Origin: a virus
Lineage: Duplodnaviria; Caudoviricetes
IMG/VR virus record: IMGVR_UViG_3300025087_001226
Coordinates: 1 to 24,965 of that record
Direction: 5' to 3' (one strand)
Length of the DNA stretch: 24,965 nucleotides
Of this stretch, positions 16,397 through 23,822 are shown in pieces. The stretch's first letter is position 1; each line of letters starts with the position of its first letter. A program made the position numbers and the translations under genes. The notes beneath the pieces were generated by a model, which made no database searches, was not told the DNA's origin, and saw only the letters and a list, made by a program, of their open reading frames with translations.

Positions 16397-17285
16397 ATAT
16401 AACCTCTAATTGTTTTTCCAGCGCAAGTTTCGGATCACCACCATCAAGATAATCCTGAACAAAACATCTTCTAAATTCCGCCATACTTTCGGGATGTTCC
16501 AGTTCATAATCAATAACTTCAAGAAGTTTTTTCAATCTAACTATCTTACAGGCTGTTGATACCTGCGCAAAAAAATCCTCTTTTGTATAAACTTTCCCCA
16601 GAAGTTCTTTCGGGTGCCACAGATCAACTGATATATAAGGAATGTCCATCCAGTAGCAAAGTGCTGCAAAAGTTCCTTCACCAATTCCAACAACAACGTC
16701 AGCGTGTTTTAAAGCCTCATAACACAGCTTTATGTGATTGTTCTTGTCCCGCTCCGACATTATTGGGTTCGGATATTCAAAAGGATCGTGTTCCCCCAAT
16801 ATTATTTTTGAATAAACATAAGCCTTGTCATAAGTTTTTAACATTTTGGCAACCAATATATTTTCGGGGATATCGGTATGCCAATGTCTAGGAGCAAATA
16901 AAACTCTTTTTTCCTCGTGTGGCACTCTCTTACCCATACTGCTAAATATGGTCGTACCTGTAATAGTTACCACATCTTCGGGGATATTTGCATCTATAAG
17001 CCAATCTTTTGTCTCTTGTCCCCAAGCCATAAATACATCACCTATTAAAGGTTTGGAAAGCGGTGGAATATAGTCATTGATACTTAAAAGTCCGTGTTCG
17101 GCTACAACAACCTTTTTCCCCATCTCTTTGGCCTGCCGGCACATGGTTGATAAAACCCCAACAGCATCCTGCCAAACAACCAAGGTATCGGCTTGTTGCC
17201 AATCGGATACATAGTCACCACGATCTCTAACTGCTTTATAAAGTTCATCTAATATATTGTTAAAGTTATATATTGCGACCTTCAT
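16389..17285 (-). CDS. GT-B fold surface-carbohydrate biosynthesis protein (glycosyl- or glycerophosphotransferase-like)
   Basis: VVVAEHG, FMAWG..TKDWL...VTITG, RVLFAP, 'ALKHADVVVG..GTFAAL...DIPYI'. Lies in a sugar-enzyme cluster; the exact activity is uncertain. Confidence 0.6.
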   Translation of the reverse strand: MKVAIYNFNNILDELYKAVRDRGDYVSDWQQADTLVVWQDAVGVLSTMCRQAKEMGKKVVVAEHGLLSINDYIPPLSKPLIGDVFMAWGQETKDWLIDANIPEDVVTITGTTIFSSMGKRVPHEEKRVLFAPRHWHTDIPENILVAKMLKTYDKAYVYSKIILGEHDPFEYPNPIMSERDKNNHIKLCYEALKHADVVVGIGEGTFAALCYWMDIPYISVDLWHPKELLGKVYTKEDFFAQVSTACKIVRLKKLLEVIDYELEHPESMAEFRRCFVQDYLDGGDPKLALEKQLEVIYG

Positions 17286-18070
17286 ATATTTTGTCTTTTT
17301 AGTTTTGGTTCTTTTGGTGTTATCTTTCCATCAAGGTAATAATCAACAATGTTGTTATTAAAGGTCTGGTAAATCACCCTTAAATGTTTGGGTTGGAAGT
17401 CCGACTCTAAAAAGTTCTTACCAGCTTCAGGTTTTTGCTTGAATAATTCCCACCCATCCATTTTAAATAGTGCTATGGCCTCCTTGGTTGATTCTAAGAC
17501 GGCTTTGCAGGCTACATCGTGTATCCCATCACCCCTTTCAAGTTGTGGTACAACCTGATGAATTATGTCTCCGGCATCAGGGGAATCCTGAATGAAATGA
17601 AATGTAGTACCCGCCCAATTAGGTTCTAAGAAGTAAAAAGGCCAGAATAAGGTTGCAGCACCCCTATATCTAGGTGATAGACCCAAGTGAAGGTTAATTG
17701 TGCGAAGCGGTAGTGCGTAAACAAGTGGGGGTCGGATCATACCCGTCCCGAATACAATAGCCATATCAGGTTTGACTTTCTTAACAAAATTGACCGCATC
17801 AATATCATTTAAGGTATCTTTATCAACTTTTAAAATGGGTATATCGGGTGGTTTTTGTTCACCGAAGTATTTTTTTTCGGCATCGGCTCTTTCTTCAAAA
17901 TGCTGTCGCCAGTTCGCACTATCAACGGGTGATAATCCTTCAGGCTCTTTAATAGAATCACCCCTTAACTGCATAATCCCCCCCACCATAGGAAAAGTCT
18001 CGACTATCTTATTGGCGTAATATAGGTGTCTTGGCTGGTTTCCCCCCAACCATAGGATTCTCTCACTCAT
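17282..18070 (-). CDS. Formyltransferase (N10-formyl-THF dependent; likely sugar N-formyltransferase)
   Basis: KPDMAIVFG, INLHLGLSPRYRGA, GTTFH and DAGDII are the formyltransferase N-domain catalytic motifs. Confidence 0.85.
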   Translation of the reverse strand: MSERILWLGGNQPRHLYYANKIVETFPMVGGIMQLRGDSIKEPEGLSPVDSANWRQHFEERADAEKKYFGEQKPPDIPILKVDKDTLNDIDAVNFVKKVKPDMAIVFGTGMIRPPLVYALPLRTINLHLGLSPRYRGAATLFWPFYFLEPNWAGTTFHFIQDSPDAGDIIHQVVPQLERGDGIHDVACKAVLESTKEAIALFKMDGWELFKQKPEAGKNFLESDFQPKHLRVIYQTFNNNIVDYYLDGKITPKEPKLKRQNI

Positions 18071-18948
18071 ATCATCTTTAAAAATTCTTCCTTTGTAAGT
18101 CTTTTGGCGTTTTCAGAGGTGTATTCAAATATCCTGTCCGTATAAGTAACACCAAGTAATTCGGGTTCAATTACATAGTGATATTGGTATTCTTTTGTGT
18201 GGATGGATTCGTCTTTACTTATTAAGGATTCGTGTAATTTCTCCCCCGGTCGCATACCTGTCACATTAAGTTTTATATCAGGCGCCAGAGCTTTAAACAT
18301 ATCAACTATTCTCATTGAAGGAATTTTGGGTATAAACACCTCTCCGCCCTTCATTTCTTCTAAGGCTCTGAAAATAAGATTGCAAGCCTGATCCAAAGTC
18401 AGCCAGTATCTCGTCATTCTTTCGTCCGTAACATTTAATTCCTTTGGTTTATCTTTTAAAATTGTTTCAATAATTGAACCTCTTGATCCGATAACATTCC
18501 CATATCTTACTGAAGCGAATTTACACTCAGAGTTCTGATTTGCGGCTGTCATTAACTTCTCACCGCATAGTTTTGTAGCACCGTATAAATTAACAGGGTG
18601 ACAACCCTTGTCGGTTGAAGTTAAGATACATTTTTTGACATTGTTCACTTTACAGGCATTAATTACATTCATTGTTCCGATAACATTAGTCATTATCGTT
18701 TCTTCGGGTTGTTCTTCACCTACGGGGACGTGTTTCATAGCTGCAGTATGAATAACTACATCTATTCCTCTGAAGGCTTTAATTAATACATCTTTGTCCC
18801 TGACATCACCAACGATATAATGGGCTTTGACTTCAGACATCATCTTCCGTTGCTTGTACTCGTCTCTTGATAGAATGGTTACATCCTCAAGTCTTTTAGC
18901 AAGATGTGTTCCAAGCGATCCCGTCCCACCTGAAATTAATACTCTCAC
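18067..18948 (-). CDS. pseB: UDP-GlcNAc 4,6-dehydratase (PseB/FlaA1-like SDR)
   Basis: GGTGSLG, SRDE, HTAAMKHVP, STDK, YGATK, RYGNVIGSRGS, TDERMTR, GMRPGEKLHE. The start is likely GTG 18948 (GTGA overlap with the upstream stop, GGAGGG RBS) rather than 18993. Confidence 0.85.
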   Translation of the reverse strand: MRVLISGGTGSLGTHLAKRLEDVTILSRDEYKQRKMMSEVKAHYIVGDVRDKDVLIKAFRGIDVVIHTAAMKHVPVGEEQPEETIMTNVIGTMNVINACKVNNVKKCILTSTDKGCHPVNLYGATKLCGEKLMTAANQNSECKFASVRYGNVIGSRGSIIETILKDKPKELNVTDERMTRYWLTLDQACNLIFRALEEMKGGEVFIPKIPSMRIVDMFKALAPDIKLNVTGMRPGEKLHESLISKDESIHTKEYQYHYVIEPELLGVTYTDRIFEYTSENAKRLTKEEFLKMI

Positions 18949-19109
18949 GCTATTCCCTCCCCGTGGTATTCTTCTTTTTTCTTTAAAGGACACTTCTGTA
19001 TCGTTCCAACAAATAACTCAGGTGATTTACCTGCAATTTTCTTTAAAACAACATCCTCTCTTATTTGTTCGCACTTTGTGTTTTTACAGTCTTTACAAGT
19101 TTCTTTCAT
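18945..19109 (-). CDS. Small Cys-rich hypothetical protein (possible Zn binding)
   Basis: MKETCKDCKNTKC...QKCPL, 54 aa, with ATGA and GTGA overlaps with both neighbours. Confidence 0.6.
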   Translation of the reverse strand: MKETCKDCKNTKCEQIREDVVLKKIAGKSPELFVGTIQKCPLKKKEEYHGEGIA

Positions 19110-19471
19110 AGGTGGTTTACTACGTGCCACGGTTTAACCAACTCGTGCCTCAATGCTTTCTTATTCTTTAGCCAGTCTTTACCATAAATGGCTGTCAATA
19201 CCGTATCAACAAACATATCCACATACATATTCGGAAATTCGATGATCTTTCTATGAACCTTGGTTTTTCCACCGTGCTGGTAAACATTTAAGTTTCTTAT
19301 TCCCCGATAAATTGAAGCTATCTCTGGATCGTTGTAAGTTCTGTAAATTATCTCCCTTGCCTTTTGGTCTATCTTGTCGGCAAGAGCAATTAAAGACATT
19401 CTTAACTTTTGGTCGTCAACAACGGCAAACTGATCTATAAGTTTTTGAGGCTTTTGGGCAATACGAGCCAT
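19106..19471 (-). CDS. Hypothetical protein (basic, 121 aa)
   Basis: Clean ORF following the capsid gene, translationally coupled downstream; no motif recognised. Confidence 0.7.
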   Translation of the reverse strand: MARIAQKPQKLIDQFAVVDDQKLRMSLIALADKIDQKAREIIYRTYNDPEIASIYRGIRNLNVYQHGGKTKVHRKIIEFPNMYVDMFVDTVLTAIYGKDWLKNKKALRHELVKPWHVVNHL

Positions 19472-19494
19472 AAAAAAAGACCCTCGAAAGGGTC
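19472..19494 (-). terminator. Intrinsic terminator, cassette copy D
   Basis: Minus strand GACCCT-TTCG-AGGGTC followed by T7 and immediately the ATG at 19471. Confidence 0.85.
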
Positions 19495-19500
19495 ACTATC

Positions 19501-19541
19501 TTGAGACAATCTATATTAACAAATAAAGGGGGGGAATTCAA
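19501..19541 (-). promoter_or_regulatory. Sigma70-type promoter plus conserved start-site motif, cassette copy D
   Basis: TTGAAT (19541-19536), 17 nt, TAATAT (19518-19513) with extended TG, then AGATTGTCTCAA. Confidence 0.7.
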
Positions 19542-19550
19542 TCCCCCCCT
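19521..19550 (-). terminator. Intrinsic terminator after major capsid gene
   Basis: Minus strand AGGGGGGG-ATTGAATT-CCCCCCCT followed by TTATTT. Confidence 0.75.
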
Positions 19551-19584
19551 GCATATTGAGTTATAGACTTATATGCTAGTCCGT

Positions 19585-20481
19585 TTAGCTGGTCGTCAAC
19601 TGGATTATCTTTCCAGATGATGCCGCATTTTTTGCTTCAAGTGTTAGTTCACCTACAAGCGCACCCCTCTTAGAATCTGCAACTTTCGCTACATCTACTT
19701 GAGAGATACCTCTAAGGATAGCCACTTTCCACATATCTCTTTGAAGTACTGCGATCGTATCCGTACTCATAAATGAGTCAAGCAAGATTCGTTGTACACC
19801 AAAGTCCGACTCGTAAACAGATACTTTGTTGATAAGTTTAGCCTCGCTATCTACCTCCAAATATCTTGTATTTGAAGTTGCGAAAGCACTAATCTTTCTC
19901 TTTTGCCATCCGTTTACGTATGTTGCATCCGGTCTTCCACCATTTCCCCAAATCTCCGCAAGCATACTGTTATACAGTGCTTCGGTAAGAGCTTGAGTTC
20001 CTGTACCTGATCCAGATTCAACATAGGCTGTAAGCCAAGAAAGAATACCTTTTAACCTACGTGCTGTTCCGGAAGCTCCGGAATTTGCTGTTGCGGTGAT
20101 GAGAGCTTTCTCAACATCGGTAGCAATTTCCTTCATCTTCTTCTCCATTTGATAGGCGTATTCATCTTCAAGACCTGCAACAGAGACTGCTCTGATAGTT
20201 TCAGATACCTCAATAGCTTTTGTAAAGATTTGAGTGTAGTTCCCAGTCCTTGTTCTTGACGCTGCAAGAGCAAACGAGAAGTCAGCACCTTCAATTTGAT
20301 TGTTGGCGCTTCCTGTCGTCAGAGAGTCTGTTTGCCATTCGTGATAAGTTCCACTGGCCTTTACGTGTTCCAAGCCGGAAAAAAGAGGAGTTTCGTGCAA
20401 GGTTATCGTTGAGATAATACTTGTAAGGTCTTCTCTTTCACCAACCTGTTCGTATGTTTTTACTGCGTATGTTTGTGACAT
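19585..20481 (-). CDS. Major capsid protein (DUF5309/SU10-like)
   Basis: REDL..II....ETP, HEWQTDSL, EGAD, NYTQIF.K...VS.T, EYAYQ..KKMKE...DVE.ALI, YESDFG, GELTLE..N..SG. Follows scaffold and portal, and has a strong RBS. Confidence 0.92.
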   Translation of the reverse strand: MSQTYAVKTYEQVGEREDLTSIISTITLHETPLFSGLEHVKASGTYHEWQTDSLTTGSANNQIEGADFSFALAASRTRTGNYTQIFTKAIEVSETIRAVSVAGLEDEYAYQMEKKMKEIATDVEKALITATANSGASGTARRLKGILSWLTAYVESGSGTGTQALTEALYNSMLAEIWGNGGRPDATYVNGWQKRKISAFATSNTRYLEVDSEAKLINKVSVYESDFGVQRILLDSFMSTDTIAVLQRDMWKVAILRGISQVDVAKVADSKRGALVGELTLEAKNAASSGKIIQLTTS

Positions 20482-20515
20482 AAATTAATTCACCCCCAAA
20501 TCTTTTTTGTTACGG

Positions 20516-21205
20516 TTAGGATCTAATGATCCTTTTAATGTAGGTACGAAGTGCGTTTTTATCGCCTTTCGCAACTGCATCTTTCAGGTCATCGTTTGTA
20601 ACACCTGATTCCGATGATCCCGAACCGTCAGAAGTCTCGGTCTTGATACCTCTGGATTTAGCAATCGCCTCTTTAACGTGCCAGTTGATAATTTCTTGTT
20701 GGTGTAATTTTTCGTATGCGGTTTCGATGTCGCCAATTCTCTTTTGCATCGCAAATTTAACAACTGCGTTGCGGTCGAATTTTGGTCGTCCGTCTTTACC
20801 GTTATACTTATCCTCTAATCGAGTTAATTCACCTTTTACAAACTCATCTTCCTTTTGACGTTCAAGAGCCTCTTTGCTGACATAACCTAATTCATCAAGA
20901 ATTGGTCTAAGTGCTTGTTTGATCTGCTCCTTCTGAGGATCAACCCCAGCCGGTACAGCTTTTCCTTCAAGCTCTTTAATCCTTGCTTCAAGTTCGTCCG
21001 CTCTTCTGGCTTTTTCGTTCACTTCCCTGAATCGTGAGTAAGGAACGCTTTTCTCTGATTCATCAGTACCCTCTGCGCTAGAGGACTCCTCCGAACCCTG
21101 AGCCGTTTCTTCTACACTGGATGAAGTGTCGGTAGTATCGGTTTCTACTGTCGCTTCAGATGTTGAATCTGTAAGCGTTACATCCTCGCCCTGTGATTTG
21201 TTCAT
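20516..21205 (-). CDS. Capsid scaffolding protein
   Basis: Acidic disordered N-terminus, 'VPYSRFREVNEK' motif, coiled coil and basic C-terminal helix; lies between portal and capsid. Confidence 0.8.
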   Translation of the reverse strand: MNKSQGEDVTLTDSTSEATVETDTTDTSSSVEETAQGSEESSSAEGTDESEKSVPYSRFREVNEKARRADELEARIKELEGKAVPAGVDPQKEQIKQALRPILDELGYVSKEALERQKEDEFVKGELTRLEDKYNGKDGRPKFDRNAVVKFAMQKRIGDIETAYEKLHQQEIINWHVKEAIAKSRGIKTETSDGSGSSESGVTNDDLKDAVAKGDKNALRTYIKRIIRS

Positions 21206-21221
21206 TCAAATCACCCCCTTT

Positions 21222-21337
21222 CTGTATGTTCTACATTTTTTACGTTGTATGCCAACGACAAAACATAGATTGGTCTAGGACGGCGCTGAATCCTAGTAGG
21301 GAATGTTGAGCCTGCCCGAATCAACACCCCATACTAA
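21222..21337 (-). other. Candidate structured RNA leader upstream of scaffold gene
   Basis: Consecutive stems on the minus strand: GGGGTGTTGA/TCAACATTCC, CTAGGA/TCCTAG, and TATGTTTT/AGAACATA enclosing CGTTG/CAACG. They end next to the RBS. Confidence 0.5.
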
Positions 21338-21340
21338 AAT

Positions 21341-23275
21341 TCACTGTTGAGTTTGACCCCCCATCTGTACTATCTGATCCCTATAAACCATAACTTTCTG
21401 TAGTAATTCTTTTGGTAAAGACTTGGCTTCCGGCGCTGAAAGGAAAGCATCAATATACTGTAAGAATTCCTGAGAAGGATTTTGTGGCGGTTGGGGTTTA
21501 CCACCATTTATAATAGTCCTTATTGCCGCTATCGCTTCTACTTTACCTTCCTGAGCTTGTGCGGGTTGTGCTTGAGCTTGTGCTTGAGCATTGGCACCTG
21601 TTTGTGCGGCGTTTATTTCAATCTGTTCAGCAGCTCTTAATCGTCTTTCATCTTTACTTTTCTTGAGAATATTAGATATTGATCCGATAGAATAACCTTC
21701 CAAAAGTGTTTCCTGATCTATTGCCTGAAGCTGATACAATTCTTTTAGTACGGTTCTTCGTGCCTCGGCTGTTTGTGCTATCCAAGATGTTATCTTTACA
21801 TCAACAGCGTTCTTTGAGTGAATGACGGTTGCACCCTCCGGCGCCATATCTGTAGCTTCTTCACCGATAACATCCAAGAATATTTTCTCACCCGTTGAAG
21901 TTGTAGGTATTATCCTTCTGACAACCTGATACTTACTGGATGCTACTGCTAAAATATGTTCATAAACTTCCTCTAAGAATTCCTCAACGTTTTCTATAAC
22001 CTCAGATAAATTATTAGAATCACCCACCTGCAAGGCTTCGATGGCGTTTCCAGAATTAGCACCTGTTGGTATTCTTCCGAGTGAGGCATCGTGCGATCCG
22101 CCCAAGTCTTCAATATACCTATTAACGTTTTCTATTTGTTGGAATATAGCTGCTGACATCGGGGCAATAGGTTGTTGGTTGACTTCAAATCCCCGTTTCT
22201 TTTCTATGATCTGTCCGTTTTCGTTATTTATTACCCTTACTCCCGACCCTTTGTCTGCAACCCACTTTCCCCTATTCATCAGGTCGTTATACTCGGCAAC
22301 TTGGCTTTCTAATCTATCAAGTAATCTATTGGGGGATATTAAGTTTTTAACCCAACCAGTACCGTACATACTAAGAGGTTCGACATCACTTTGAAGTCTA
22401 AAGAATGGAAATCTTGTAAGTCCTGTATCTTCAGGTTGTCTTATTATCTTGTCTCCCGCCATAGCAGCGATCATTATTTTTACTTTCTTGATCTTGGTTG
22501 GCTTTCCGTCAGGTCCCTCCACTTCTTCATCAACAAATTCTTTGTACCAGTGTTCTTTAACAATAACTGTAGAATTAGACCTTTCTTCACCGAAAGTCCG
22601 CATACCCTTTTCCGCTTGCATAAGTCTTGCTTTCAGTGAGGAGGCCGAAAGAAGTTCGTCACCCTTCATATCCTTGATGTCATACTTGGAGTCGTTCTTC
22701 AAATCTTCAACGTTTCTTCTTACCGCTAAAATTACATATCTTGCTTCGTTGGGGTCACGTGCTACGGGATCCCAATAAAGATCATAAGTATCAACCATAT
22801 TGACGGCTATTTCACCCAATCCATCTTCTGCTTGGTCATCCCACAATACCTGCCAAAAACCTGCTGAATATTTTAAGGCGTTCCATACTACTGCTTTCAA
22901 CTTTCTTCTAAGGAATAACTTATCGTGAAGATAATCCAAGTATTTGTTTAGCTTGTTTACTTCTTCAATATTTTCTTCTGTTAAATTAAAAGGCGTTACT
23001 TCAGCTCTTGGCTTGTTTCTTAGTGAGAAGTTTCTTACAGCCCGTAAGGTGGAATATATCTTATTAATTACAACTTTTACTTTACCTCTGTCTCGGACAT
23101 TCGTAACTATCTGTTGAGTGTTGTTGTCCCACTTTGCATAGTGATTGCCCGATACCCACAAATCATACATAAACCATTGCCAATCCACCTCCTTGCGGTT
23201 TGATTCGGCAACACTCCACTCACGCTGCAACTTAGCCCGTATAACTTCTATGTCTTCACTCTTCTTCTTTGCCAT
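21341..23275 (-). CDS. Portal protein
   Basis: 644 aa after terminase, with 'VINKI', 'LYWDP.A', 'FPFF', 'YG.GWVKNL', 'SG.AI..LQ' and a Q/A-rich C-terminal extension. P22-like portal architecture. Confidence 0.88.
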   Translation of the reverse strand: MAKKKSEDIEVIRAKLQREWSVAESNRKEVDWQWFMYDLWVSGNHYAKWDNNTQQIVTNVRDRGKVKVVINKIYSTLRAVRNFSLRNKPRAEVTPFNLTEENIEEVNKLNKYLDYLHDKLFLRRKLKAVVWNALKYSAGFWQVLWDDQAEDGLGEIAVNMVDTYDLYWDPVARDPNEARYVILAVRRNVEDLKNDSKYDIKDMKGDELLSASSLKARLMQAEKGMRTFGEERSNSTVIVKEHWYKEFVDEEVEGPDGKPTKIKKVKIMIAAMAGDKIIRQPEDTGLTRFPFFRLQSDVEPLSMYGTGWVKNLISPNRLLDRLESQVAEYNDLMNRGKWVADKGSGVRVINNENGQIIEKKRGFEVNQQPIAPMSAAIFQQIENVNRYIEDLGGSHDASLGRIPTGANSGNAIEALQVGDSNNLSEVIENVEEFLEEVYEHILAVASSKYQVVRRIIPTTSTGEKIFLDVIGEEATDMAPEGATVIHSKNAVDVKITSWIAQTAEARRTVLKELYQLQAIDQETLLEGYSIGSISNILKKSKDERRLRAAEQIEINAAQTGANAQAQAQAQPAQAQEGKVEAIAAIRTIINGGKPQPPQNPSQEFLQYIDAFLSAPEAKSLPKELLQKVMVYRDQIVQMGGQTQQ

Positions 23276-23477
23276 ATATTATTTCTTGCTTAGACTCCTC
23301 AATTTCAGAAGTTCCGTCTTCTTCCGGTTCAAGGTGGTTTTTCTCCTGTTGGGTGTTGTCTTTATATTCTTGGAAGTTTCTACTCATCAGCCTGTCGTAA
23401 ATATCTTTGTTCGCTTTATATGAAAAGTATTCCTTGACAACCATCAATATCATTAAACCTGCAATTATGTATTCCAT
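23256..23477 (-). CDS. Small protein with N-terminal hydrophobic (membrane-anchor) helix
   Basis: MEYIIAGLMILMVV followed by an acidic tail; overlaps the portal start. Confidence 0.65.
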   Translation of the reverse strand: MEYIIAGLMILMVVKEYFSYKANKDIYDRLMSRNFQEYKDNTQQEKNHLEPEEDGTSEIEESKQEIIYGKEEE

Positions 23478-23488
23478 ATTTCAGCCAC

Positions 23489-23515
23489 AAAAAAAGAAGC
23501 CCCGTAAGGCTTCCC
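23489..23515 (-). terminator. Intrinsic terminator, cassette copy E
   Basis: Minus strand GAAGCCT-TACG-GGGCTTC followed by T7; the next ATG is 11 nt downstream. Confidence 0.85.
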
Positions 23516-23520
23516 GTTTT

Positions 23521-23565
23521 AATGAGACCAAGTTAAGTTTATAACGATAGTATATTTTTTGTCAA
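23521..23565 (-). promoter_or_regulatory. Sigma70-type promoter plus conserved start-site motif, cassette copy E
   Basis: TTGACA (23565-23560, contains the upstream TGA stop), 18 nt, TAAACT (23541-23536), then TAACTTGGTCTCATT. Confidence 0.78.
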
Positions 23566-23822
23566 AATTCGTTAGTTTTGGAGAGGTTGGGGTCTTTGCT
23601 TCTACCGAATAATATATTTTCTTTTACATATAAACTGTCTATTTTGCCTGAGTTGTATCTTATATATATTTCCCCCGATCCGTTTGTATCAACCATTCTT
23701 ATCATTTGAGTTATTACATCCCAAAAGAACTTATCCCACTTCCCGACATTGTTTAATTTATATATATCAGGAAAGAAGGCTTTTAAATCTTCTTCAAACT
23801 TTGTCTTTGGATCGTCTTTCAT
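23562..23822 (-). CDS. Hypothetical protein (86 aa)
   Basis: ATGA overlap with the terminase stop; no motif recognised. Confidence 0.7.
   Translation of the reverse strand: MKDDPKTKFEEDLKAFFPDIYKLNNVGKWDKFFWDVITQMIRMVDTNGSGEIYIRYNSGKIDSLYVKENILFGRSKDPNLSKTNEF

Noticed and set aside
21222-21337. tRNA gene in the portal-scaffold gap
   Set aside because: No cloverleaf with acceptor stem and canonical T-loop (GTTCRA) could be built; kept only as a generic structured RNA candidate.
2010-23565. CRISPR array or mobile repeat (MITE/REP) explanation for the recurring intergenic element
   Set aside because: The copies are dispersed singly, hairpin sequences differ, and there is no repeat-spacer periodicity, terminal inverted repeat or target duplication.
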